Origin: Octopus bimaculoides | Lineage: Eukaryota | Length of the DNA stretch: 40,502 bases | Direction: 5' to 3' | NCBI RefSeq assembly: GCF_001194135.2 | Contig: NC_068989.1 | Span: 61,682,047 to 61,722,548, forward strand | Shown here: piece after piece, positions 13,226-23,400 of the stretch | How positions within the stretch are numbered: the stretch's first letter is position 1 | Layout of the letters: each line of letters begins with the position of its first letter | Made by a program: the position numbers and the translations under genes | The notes under the pieces: model-generated | The model's input: the letters and a program-made list of their open reading frames with translations, nothing else | The model's database searches: none | Told to the model about the DNA's origin: nothing

Positions 13226-14718
13226 ATCTAATTCTTTATATATGATGTTCCCTACGTAGATATGTCTATTCATATAACCAAACTTCTAAACAGCCATGTG
13301 TATCACTCTGAAATGATAACAAAATCTTCAGACATTCCAATTATATTTTATATGAGAATACCGCTTTATTGCAAATTTAAAAGCAACATTACCGGAATTT
13401 CCATTTTTATCTCTCGATTTGAACAAACCTTATTCACTGAAGTTACATCGCCTACGTTTTTTCCTTATTTGCGTCTTTAAATTTATCATAATGTCTACTT
13501 ATCCATCTCATTTATATTGTACTTTGACAGTCATTACAATATTGGTAGAGTAACTGGTATTTCAAATAAATGTAGTACATAGATTTCACATATATGGCAA
13601 GGATCGCTATTCAAAGAAGTTTCGCGCACGACTTATAATTTTCCGACTTACTTTAAAACTTATGAAAGGAAACAGGTAAATGTAGTTCTGTATACACAAA
13701 ATCTAAATAGTACCCATACATACCCTCACACATACGCACACATACACCCACATCCTCACATATATACACAGACACACACATATATTTGTGTGCGTAGATC
13801 AATGCAGTGCACTTCAACTATGTTACTTATCCCTGTTATGATTGAGATAGAGTATCAGAAAATAACATAGATGATGTAAATGAATGCAAGGTTGTGCGTC
13901 CTGAAGAACTGTGATCCGAAAAATGAAATGGGATCTAATCTCACAAGGATTTTTCAGTTGGCTACACTTGAGAAATTGATTAAAAACAAGACTCGGCGCA
14001 TCAAAGATGAATTCTTTTACCCCCCCCCCACACATATCGAAAATATAAACGTTTCATATAGATGTATGCATGCACACACACACATACACATGCAAATATA
14101 TATATATATANNNNNNNNNNNNNNNNNNNNNNNNNNNNNNNNNNNNNNNNNNNNNNNNNNNNNNNNNNNNNNNNNNNNNNNNNNNNNNNNNNNNNNNNNN
14201 NNNNNNNNNNNNNNNNNNNNNNNNNNNNNNNNNNNNNNNNNNNNNNNNNNNNNNNNNNNNNNNNNNNNNNNNNNNNNNNNNNNNNNNNNNNNNNNNNNNN
14301 NNNNNNNNNNNNNNNNNNNNNNNNNNNNNNNNNNNNNNNNNNNNNNNNNNNNNNNNNNNNNNNNNNNNNNNNNNNNNNNNNNNNNNNNNNNNNNNNNNNN
14401 NNNNNNNNNNNNNNNNNNNNNNNNNNNNNNNNNNNNNNNNNNNNNNNNNNNNNNNNNNNNNNNNNNNNNNNNNNNNNNNNNNNNNNNNNNNNNNNNNNNN
14501 NNNNNNNNNNNNNNNNNNNNNNNNNNNNNNNNNNNNNNNNNNNNNNNNNNNNNNNNNNNNNNNNNNNNNNNNNNNNNNNNNNNNNNNNNNNNNNNNNNNN
14601 NNNNNNNNNNNNNNNNNNNNNNNNNNNNNNNNNNNNNNNNNNNNNNNNNNNNNNNNNNNNNNNNNNNNNNNNNNNNNNNNNNNNNNNNNNNNNNATATAT
14701 ATACATGTATAATTAATC

Positions 14719-14996
14719 TAATTCGATGGTAAATATAATATATATAACAAAGAGTTACACATAATATGAAGAGAAAACAGCCTAATTAATATTAAATATT
14801 AATTGTTTGAAAGAACAGTGAAATTTAGTAAATTGTTAATGAAACAGACCTGTCGTAATTCGATGATAAATATAATATATAATAAAGTGTAACACACAAT
14901 ATTAAAAAAAAACCGCCTACTTAATTTTAAATATTAATTAAATATTTGAAAGAACAGTAAAACTTAATAAATTGTTATTGAAACCGACCTATCGTA
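14719..14996. repeat. Two-copy tandem repeat, ~137-bp unit
   Basis: TAATTCGATG(G/A)TAAATATAATATATAA...TTTGAAAGAACAGT...GACCT(G/A)TCGTA starts at 14719 and again at 14856. Confidence 0.85.
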
Positions 14997-16272
14997 CATC
15001 TGTAGAACTTCAGAAAAAGATTCCACTTCACAGTTTCCTCTTATGTGCTGCAGACAAAAACAAGAACTCAATTTCAGAACTTAATTTTAGAAACTATGGC
15101 AAAGTTTGATATATGTTGCCACGTAAAGTTTGTGGAGAGGAGAATATGACATTGGAACAAAAGAAATGTGTTAGGTACTTAATATCATACACGAACACTA
15201 AGTTCGAAGCGTATCACGTTTTTCTTGTATTGTTAGTCCGGTGTCAATAGAAAAAGTAGAGCTGGATTGATTTAGCAGATGGAGCATCAAAACATTCCAG
15301 TATTTAATAAACTTTTATTTCTTTACGATTTCAGGTTCTGTGAAATTTTAGAAAAAAATGTTTTTCAGAGAATCAAAATCTTCGTATATTTTCGAAAAAA
15401 AATTCCCCAAGAAATTCTCGCAATAAAACCAAAAAAATTAGGATTCGGGAGAGATTAAAATTTTGAAATGCTGACTCTTTTCTCAGAATCGGGATTCGAC
15501 AACATCGGAATCTGTAAAAATAAAAAATAAAATAAACGGAAAAGAGGTGGGTTATTTATTGTTCACCTCCGCCAAGAATATAACTGGGTTTTTATCCTCT
15601 TTCGCACTTTAACTTAGGATATTTTGTCCCAAGGGTTTTATCCGAGGGGTTTTGTCCTAGAGATTGGGTATTCCGGGCCCCGTCCTACCATTAACTTACA
15701 ACCACAACTCAACAATAAGCAACATTTGATTTGACAAAATAATTAGTAATATCATAATGAGCTCTTTTTTTTTGTATATAGCGCAGATGTACTTTTCTAC
15801 GATAGTTTCGTCGTATTGTAAAGAATATAGACTGATTCATTTATGTATACGATCGTGTTATGGAGTTGCAAATTTATCAATCGTCGGAGTAAGTAATATT
15901 TTGTAAAATATCTGAACTGTTTCTAAAGATTAGTCTGTGATATTGTTTTTGTCAATAATCCTTTTTCTAACAGACAAATACTTTGGTATTATAATATTTA
16001 CCCGAAAAATTCTAACGCTAATTATGAAAACATGTCTGTTCTTTTTAATCGTAAATATCTTGGAAAATGCATAGTGCATGTCAATGATTAAAGTGACGCA
16101 TCCATAAACGATACATCTTTTGCATATGAAGGAATAGATTATTTAATCAATCTTTCTCTATTTAAGTTAATAGCGTGTGATTTGAGGATGGAATTGCTGC
16201 TATTTCTAGCGGTTCTTATGACTGAATACAAGTACCCGATATGACTCGAGTCAGCTTTAATAGCTATTGATA

Positions 16273-16294
16273 GCCCGTCAAACCAAAAAGATCC
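16273..16294. mobile_element. Solo right-hand TIR of the GGATC-terminated DNA transposon family
   Basis: GCCCGTCAAACCAAAAAGATCC is identical (22/22) to 21530-21551. No partner TIR seen in sequenced DNA. Confidence 0.7.
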
Positions 16295-16432
16295 GCATTC
16301 TGCATCAGATTCACGACCAACGTCATAGCCTAAGGGCATACCATTCCGACTAAAAGGATGTGCTATTAGAATCCGTATTGCTGAACTGAGAGGGTAAATT
16401 AGAGAGACTGATTTCTTTCTTCTTACCAATGA

Positions 16433-16433
<1 letters not shown>

Positions 16434-16490
<57 letters not shown>
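16434..16490. repeat. (AGT)19 microsatellite
   Basis: Direct inspection. Confidence 0.95.
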
Positions 16491-16491
<1 letters not shown>

Positions 16492-16529
16492 AACGACAAA
16501 TAAAACGATGACATCGACGATGATGACGG

Positions 16530-16676
16530 TTATGGGTACACAGGTCTGGTTGCCTTGGTAATGGGTACAAGACCGGAGGAAAGGAAAGAATGTGCTTCAC
16601 TAGCAGCGGAGACGTAAGCTGCCATAAGGTCACAAAGTTCAGAGCTCAGAAGAACTTGTTTCTTTTGTTCTTGCTG
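16530..16676 (-). CDS. Candidate terminal exon of an unidentified minus-strand gene
   Basis: Pyrimidine-rich acceptor (ccttttcaatatttttctttggagttcag|CAG), 48 codons to TAA: QQEQKKQVLLSSELCDLMAAYVSAASEAHSFLSSGLVPITKATRPVYP*. GC-richer than its flanks. No family recognised. Confidence 0.25.
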   Translation of the reverse strand, partial: QQEQKKQVLLSSELCDLMAAYVSAASEAHSFLSSGLVPITKATRPVYP

Positions 16677-16965
16677 CTGAACTCCAAAGAAAAATATTGA
16701 AAAGGATTTTTTGAAGTGTTTTTGATGAGATAAAAGTTTTTTGAATTTTGCTTTAGTTTGCTTTCAGTGCCTCCCTCATTTATTGACGGAAACTAGAACA
16801 ATTTTGGCAATAAATATTGAAATATGATAAATGTATGAGAGAAAAACCTGGCATTCAGCGGTATATTAATTACACACTCTGACCAATTATCTTTACTACA
16901 GACATGAGATTATGCAAGACATTTTTTACGGATATTTACGGTGTTCGCCAACTATCTCTGCGTGG

Positions 16966-17060
16966 CAACCGGTGCTGGTGTGTTTGCGTCGTCGTAACGT
17001 AGTGGATCGTCACAACTGACCGATAGAATAAGCACCAGACTTAACAATATATAAGGGATC
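16966..17060 (+). mobile_element. 3' fragment of a second Octopus-type SINE (family B)
   Basis: AACCGGTGCTGGTGTGTTTGCGTC...GACCGATAGAATAAGCACCAGACTT resembles the 3' half of a very common Octopus SINE as I recall it; not searched. Confidence 0.55.
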
Positions 17061-18139
17061 TAGCTTTTTCATTCGCAAAATATGCATTTTTTTAAAAGAC
17101 AGTAAAAAATATCAAAATCGGCTATAATAATAAAGTTTTCCAGTCTAATAGCTATGAAGGTATGATGTTGTGGAGACAAAAGATATGGAGAAAATGTTAT
17201 AGGGGTTTGAAAATTGAAAAAAAAAAAAAAAACTGTGTATTTATAGCCAATAGCGAGACAGAAATTGTCTGCGTTTAGCAGAGCGGTGTCAACTTTAATA
17301 TTGTACCCTATGAAATTTATAGTTCAGCGTTTGTGAAATGACCTCTTCATTGTAGGTTTCTAAATAAACAGAAATATTTAATAAAATCAACATCTATCAT
17401 CTTAATGTTTCTTTAATCTCTTCATTGACTGTGTGTTTTTAATATTTTAAAAATTTGTAATAGTAATATATTTGTCTGCATGTGTTTACTTTATGCGTAT
17501 TTCAGTTTAATGATTACCTATCATGTATTTGTGTACATCATTAATATATAAGTGCACGTGTGTGTGTGTCTGTCTCCAAGTCTTCAAAGCTGAGTAACGT
17601 TTTCATGCTTGGTCTTGTAAACTACGATAAGAAAACCTGTATCTTTGCATGCCGAATTCAAAGATAGCGTCAAATTATCCGTACTAAGTTCACATATTCC
17701 ATTCACCTTCATAATGTCAAGAAACTGTAAAAGTACCGGAAACAACTTTTGCTATATATGAAAAATATGTAAAATATTAAGACAATTGGCGAAAAATATC
17801 TATAAAATTCTATTGTTGAATATAAATTTTCATTAAATAAAAACACGTGGGTGAAGACGAATCTCGTTATGTGAAGAATCAGCACAACTTGCGGATGGAA
17901 CACAAAACAATGTGCGGTTGTCATGGTGACGAGCTGTTAATACCTCACTGTCTGTTGATTGGCTAAAATTACCCAAATTTTTCAAATTTAATTCCAAATA
18001 ATAACAGATTCTTTAAAAGAAGTAATATATTTCTAAATCTCTCATAGAGATTTAAGCAGTAGTAATGCGAAAAAGTAGTTGTATGCTGTCAACTTAATGT
18101 GACAGTCCCATAAAGGGAATAATACTACTGCTATTTTGC

Positions 18140-18845
18140 CCTAGGAAGCAGCACCCCTTCCTGTCGGCCTTGACACCCACATTGTTGTTGTTGGGGCTAG
18201 GACTGCTGGTGTTGGTGTCGCTGGAGGTGATGGTGGCGTCGGTAATGATATCGCAACTGTCGGTTATGGTGGAGGCACGCTTGTTATTGCGGTCCCCTTC
18301 ATTGGTAGTGGAGTTGCTATTGCCGCTAGAGTTATCATTAGCTGTGGTTGCGCTGCTGTTTCTGCCAAGGCCACTGTCATTGCTGCTGCTATTGCCGTTA
18401 TAGCTGGTGGTGGCATTGGACCTGTTACTACTGCTAAATGTGTTGTCAGGTCTTCTACTCTAAACGTTGAGGAAGCTGATGATAGTGTTGATGCTGATTG
18501 TGTTGTTGTTGTTGTTGTTGTTGTTGTTAATGATGTTACCTTCGGGAGAACTGTCAATGCCGTCTCTGGTGCTGTTATTGCTATTGGTGCTAATGTTGCC
18601 AACTGTACCGATGGTTGCAGTGTTGCTGGTTCTGTTCTCGAGTCTACGGCTGCTACTTCTTCTACCAGTGGTATTGCTGGATTTTGCTTCTACGTCGGCT
18701 TCATAGACGACCACTTTGGTTTCGCGGTGGCCCCATCCTGCCTCTGCTTGTGGCTTAGGGGCGCTAATTAGAATGCTCTCAATGTTGGGGTCACAAGTAA
18801 ACGAGACTCTAAAGTTATGCCTGCTGAAAATGGGCCCGTACCTAT
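18140..18845 (-). mobile_element. Probable Penelope-like retroelement (PLE) ORF remnant
   Basis: Minus-strand YGPIFSRHNFRVSFTCDPNIESIL resembles the post-RT motif of PLEs (KIFNRNTxKxSYSCxPNxxSII). It is followed by a frameshifted Ser/Asn/Thr/Gln low-complexity tract and a Cys-containing segment (KGCCFLGQN...PLWDCH). GC-richer than flanks; runs into a gap. Confidence 0.4.
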
Positions 18846-19518
18846 NNNNNNNNNNNNNNNNNNNNNNNNNNNNNNNNNNNNNNNNNNNNNNNNNNNNNNN
18901 NNNNNNNNNNNNNNNNNNNNNNNNNNNNNNNNNNNNNNNNNNNNNNNNNNNNNNNNNNNNNNNNNNNNNNNNNNNNNNNNNNNNNNNNNNNNNNNNNNNN
19001 NNNNNNNNNNNNNNNNNNNNNNNNNNNNNNNNNNNNNNNNNNNNNNNNNNNNNNNNNNNNNNNNNNNNNNNNNNNNNNNNNNNNNNNNNNNNNNNNNNNN
19101 NNNNNNNNNNNNNNNNNNNNNNNNNNNNNNNNNNNNNNNNNNNNNNNNNNNNNNNNNNNNNNNNNNNNNNNNNNNNNNNNNNNNNNNNNNNNNNNNNNNN
19201 NNNNNNNNNNNNNNNNNNNNNNNNNNNNNNNNNNNNNNNNNNNNNNNNNNNNNNNNNNNNNNNNNNNNNNNNNNNNNNNNNNNNNNNNNNNNNNNNNNNN
19301 NNNNNNNNNNNNNNNNNNNNNNNNNNNNNNNNNNNNNNNNNNNNNNNNNNNNNNNNNNNNNNNNNNNNNNNNNNNNNNNNNNNNNNNNNNNNNNNNNNNN
19401 NNNNNNNNNNNNNNNNNNNNNNNNNNNNNNNNNNNNNNNNNNNNNNNNNNNNNNNNNNNNNNNNNNNNNNNNNNNNNNNNNNNNNNNNNNNNNNNNNNNN
19501 NNNNNNNNNNNNNNNNNN

Positions 19519-19850
19519 GTTTCTATTACCAGACCAGGCGTCGTGAGTGTTTATTGAGCGAAAACATCTAAAGCTCCACGAGGCTTCGGCAGGGGATGGT
19601 GGCGAACCCTGCTGTACTCTTTCACCACAACTTTCTCTCACTCTTACTTCCTGTTTCTGTTGTGCCTGTAATTCAAAGGGTCAGCCTTGTCACGCTGTGT
19701 CACGCTGAATATCCCCGAGAACTACGTTAAGGGTACATGCATCTGTGGAGTGTTCAGCCACTTGCACGTTAATTTCACGAGCAGGCTGTTCCGTTAATCG
19801 GATCAACTGGAACCCTCGACGTCGTAAGCGACGGAGTGCCAACAACAACT
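19519..19850 (+). mobile_element. Interspersed retroposon 3' end with short (CAA)n tail
   Basis: GC-rich non-coding block ending ...GGAACCCTCGACGTCGTAAGCGACGGAGTGCCAACAACAAC. It resembles a high-copy Octopus repeat from memory; family not determined. Confidence 0.5.
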
Positions 19851-20710
19851 TGTGATTTTTACGGGCAGCTAGATATATAACATATATTGTATTATAGTAA
19901 TAGCTAGTGATTAAGGAGTGTGCGACATATGTGAATTTTTGACATTACATAATTTTCTCAATGATACGTGTTGCTATTTTACACGGTGGTGATTATCCGG
20001 AGTATTTAGCATATTATACTGACAAGTGGTATACTTCTGTACAATGTGGTGATTCGAAAGAACTTTGTTGTGTGTTCAGGGTTTACACTTTTGGTGACTT
20101 CTTTGAATTTGGCTGTGCTTAGCATTATTACTTTCTGAACCTGTAAAATGTATATGTTTCTGCTCATATGTATTCATAATTGTTGCTTCAAATATTATTA
20201 GTCATGTTTGTTTCTTGAATTCCCTATTCTAGGCGTATATCTATTTGAAATTAGTGTTGTAATTTAACTTTTTCCGTATTTCCTTCTGGGCAATGCTTTG
20301 GCTAGATACGTTCGAAATGTATTTCAGATAATAGAAATATTTAGTTTTTTTTTCATGATAATTTGACGGGATCATTTCTCAGTCTGGAATTGTACGCACT
20401 GAATACAGTTTTGTTGTGCTGCGTTTATAAATTTTTTTCAAAACTTCTCATCTATTTTCAGATGGGAGTCGACCAGTAATTATAAAAGTCTTCTCGATCA
20501 ATTTCTGAAGCATGGACAGGTGGAAATGATGTAGTTAAATGTTTCATTCTGTTCGTTGCATTGGTTGCACATTGACGTTAGCATATGTTTATATTATTTT
20601 ATTATTTTAATTATTTGGTTTTATTTTTCCGTCTAATTTTGATTTTAGCGTATGTCTGAAGCCATTCTTACGTTTCATTCTAGGTAACATCTTTCCAGTT
20701 AAATATTCTT

Positions 20711-21551
20711 GGATCTTTTTTGTTTGACGGGCAACATTTTTTTATGTAGTGTTTTTGGTACTGAAACACTTTCAAACTTCGAAAACTTGTATATTTTGTG
20801 TTATAGAACAGATAAAAAATTTTGTGTTCGAAGTTATTTCATGTAAAAAATTGTCGTATCTCGGTAATTTCAACCAATCAGTGACGTCTATTGAGGTGAA
20901 AACAATTACGTCGTGGAATGTAAACAACGGTGTCAGGGGATCTTTTCCCTTGAATAAAATTAGTACCGTTGTTTGTCAACAAAAACTATCCGTTGTCAAC
21001 AACAACTATCAGCGGTATATATTTCGTTTGTCACTGTTATTTATGACATCGTTCGTGCGTTTGTACTGGTTTTAGCTTTAGGGTTTTAGGGTTAGGGTTC
21101 GGGTTTTAGAGTTAGGGTTAGTTTTAGGATTACGGTTAGGGTTATGATTATTTTTGCCATAACCTTAACCCTAACCCTAAAACCCTATAACTCATAACCA
21201 TAACCCTAAACCTAACCTTNNNNNNNNNNNNNNNNNNNNNNNNNNNNNNNNNNNNNNNNNNNNNNNNNNNNNNNNNNNNNNNNNNNNNNNNNNNNNNNNN
21301 NNNNNNNNNNNNNNNNNNNNNNNNNNNNNNNNNNNNNNNNNNNNNNNNNNNNNNNNNNNNNNNNNNNNNNNNNNNNNNNNNNNNNNNNNNNNNNNNNNNN
21401 CAACTTTAACATGAAATAACTTATTAAGAAGTAATTTTTGTTAAGAAGGCTAAGAGAAAAAGATGTTTTATGTGACACATTTTACCAGTACCCCAAGTTT
21501 GAAAGTGTTTCGTTAAGAAAACAAGTGTTGCCCGTCAAACCAAAAAGATCC
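20711..21551. mobile_element. Non-autonomous TIR DNA transposon with 8-bp TSD (Merlin-like termini)
   Basis: 26-bp TIRs at 20711-20736 (GGATCTTTTTTGTTTGACGGGCAACA) and 21526-21551 match 25/26. Both sides are flanked by the direct repeat ATATTCTT (20703-20710, 21552-21559). A subterminal 17/17 inverted match links 20763-20779 and 21495-21511. 5'-GG termini with an 8-bp TSD fit the Merlin superfamily; hAT and P elements also make 8-bp TSDs but usually start with CA or TA. Confidence 0.85.
21071..21219. repeat. Degenerate telomere-like repeats, (TTAGGG)n followed by (CCCTAA)n
   Basis: Five perfect TTAGGG (21078, 21086, 21092, 21112, 21136), an 11-nt spacer (21147-21157), then three perfect CCCTAA (21169, 21175, 21204) plus variants, running into a gap. 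Confidence 0.9.
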
Positions 21552-22929
21552 ATATTCTTTAACACATTTTCAAATTTGTTCTTCATTTTGATCATTTTAG
21601 CTCTTGTCCTCACCAAGTATCCAACTAGGATAACTTTAAGATATAACAAAGCGTTTAAATGAAAATTTACTAAGAATATTCTGGAAGCATTTTTGTTCAT
21701 AACAACTGCATCAAGAAATATTCTGACTTTTCACTTGGAGCATTTTATGGGAATAATTCGAGATAAAATTCTAATGTAAATATTTACATTGCTTTTACTT
21801 AAAGTTGATAGAAATTTGGTGGTATTTTATTACAAAACATGGTTCTGTCAAAAAAATATACTCCTCAGAAACAGGAGACTTCTTTTTCTTTCTGTTCTTA
21901 TAGCTTTTAGTTTGAATAATTAGATTTATTGTTGTCGCTTTTATCATAACAAACTGAAACTAACTCGTCCACTCTATAATTTGTTTGGCTAGAAATTACT
22001 TGCCTCTCACAATCTATTGATTTAACATAATCATTTTAAATTGAGAAGGTCAGGAAACAGCAATACGTTCTAAGTTAGCTTAATTGGACATTGATATATA
22101 ATTGATTCAGTACCAGAGGACGAAGATGTAAAAGAACATAAATACGTACGTGTGTGTGTATATGTCTGTGTGTGTGTATGTTTGTGTGCGTGTGTGTGTC
22201 TGCATGTGTGTATGTGTGTGTGAGTGTGTATATGTGCGTCTGCGTATGCGTGTGTGTGTGCATGTACGTATGTGTATGTAAATGACTGAGCATTTTTGTG
22301 TGAATGCGAAAATACAGACACACATACACATATGTATATATCCATACGGTTAATTATATTAGAATAATCTATACACGATGTGTTTTATTTCTGAGCTAGA
22401 ATGAGGAGACAAATTTAACTATATTACAGCACCTGTCAAATTTGATTACTACTTCAGATATATTTTTAGTAGAATATAGATTATTATTATTATCATTTTT
22501 TTTTCGGAATGTACCATTGTCATCTATTAAATTTTAAACAAATAAATATTTTTGGCACACCTCAAATTTCAAGTGATAATTCTCTCATAAAACTAAGTAA
22601 AGCAATAGTTGATACATAGAAAGCATATACGTACATCATGCTGGAGGGTTAACGTTTGGTTGAATATAAATAACGCTATTTTTTTCAGCGAAAGACATTT
22701 ATGATTTTCGGATTGTGCAGAAGGAATATGATTCACAATTAATTTTCATGCAGCTTGTAACTTCAGTTGGATAACATATACCGGTTCCAATTTTCGTTCG
22801 AAGAAGTTCCATTTGCCATTGATAAATGCATTCACTATGTATTATACATATACATATGTGTGTATATGTGCGTGTGCATGTGTGTGTATCTGTCTGTGTG
22901 TGATGTATGTATGTATGTGTATATGCTTA

Positions 22930-23016
22930 GCTGTGTGGTAAGAAACTTCCAGTTCCAGATTCAGTCCCACTGTGAGGCAAATTGAGCAAGTGTCTTCTAC
23001 TATAGCCTCGAGCCGA
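22930..23016 (+). mobile_element. 5' tRNA-like head of SINE family B, truncated
   Basis: GCTGTGTGGTAAGAAAC...GATTCAGTCCCACTG...GAGCAAGTGTCTTCTACTATAGCCTCGAGCCGA: A/B-box-like head matching the common Octopus SINE as recalled. Confidence 0.7.
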
Positions 23017-23028
23017 GGCTATAGTAGA

Positions 23029-23308
23029 GTGCTTTCCGTAGTGTATGTGCTGTACCCATCAAGGTTATCTTTTGTAGTTCATGGAAACTGGAGTTGCCTG
23101 GGAGTTGCTTCACTATACTTCCCAGGTCCCTTCTTTATCTTTTCCAACGCAACAATTACTACAGGTCTTATCGTAGTACTAAGCTTCCACATTTTTGTGA
23201 TTTCAATTTGCAGATTTTATAGTTAGAAAGCTTTTCGTATTCTTTACTTGAGACATTTTGATCTTGTGGGACAGACATATCTATTAACAGACAAGTTCCT
23301 CTTTGAAT
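23029..23308 (-). mobile_element. Non-LTR retrotransposon remnant, C-terminal restriction-like endonuclease region (R4/Dong-like)
   Basis: With two frameshifts the minus strand reads QRGTCLLIDMSVPQDQNVSSKEYEKLSNYK / LQIEITKMWKLSTTIRPVVIVALEKIKKGPGKY / VKQLPGNSSFHELQKITLMGTAHTLRKAL. This matches the IDxxxPxDxNxxxKExEKxxKY and LQKxxLxGTAHxLRK motifs of RLE-bearing LINEs. Confidence 0.8.
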
Positions 23309-23316
23309 AAATGATG

Positions 23317-23390
<74 letters not shown>

Positions 23391-23400
23391 TATTATTATT
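23317..23400. repeat. (AAT)n microsatellite ending in a short inverted (TAT)n
   Basis: (AAT)n to 23390, then TATTATTATT at 23391-23400. Confidence 0.95.

Noticed and set aside
16139-16633. 164-aa minus-strand ORF as a single protein
   Set aside because: It starts at GTG and runs through a microsatellite and a transposon TIR (the GSFWFDG segment), so it is a chimaeric chance frame.
21071-21219. Ancestral telomere-telomere chromosome fusion site
   Set aside because: The arrays are short, degenerate and enclosed by matched TIRs and an exact 8-bp TSD, so a transposon origin is more parsimonious.
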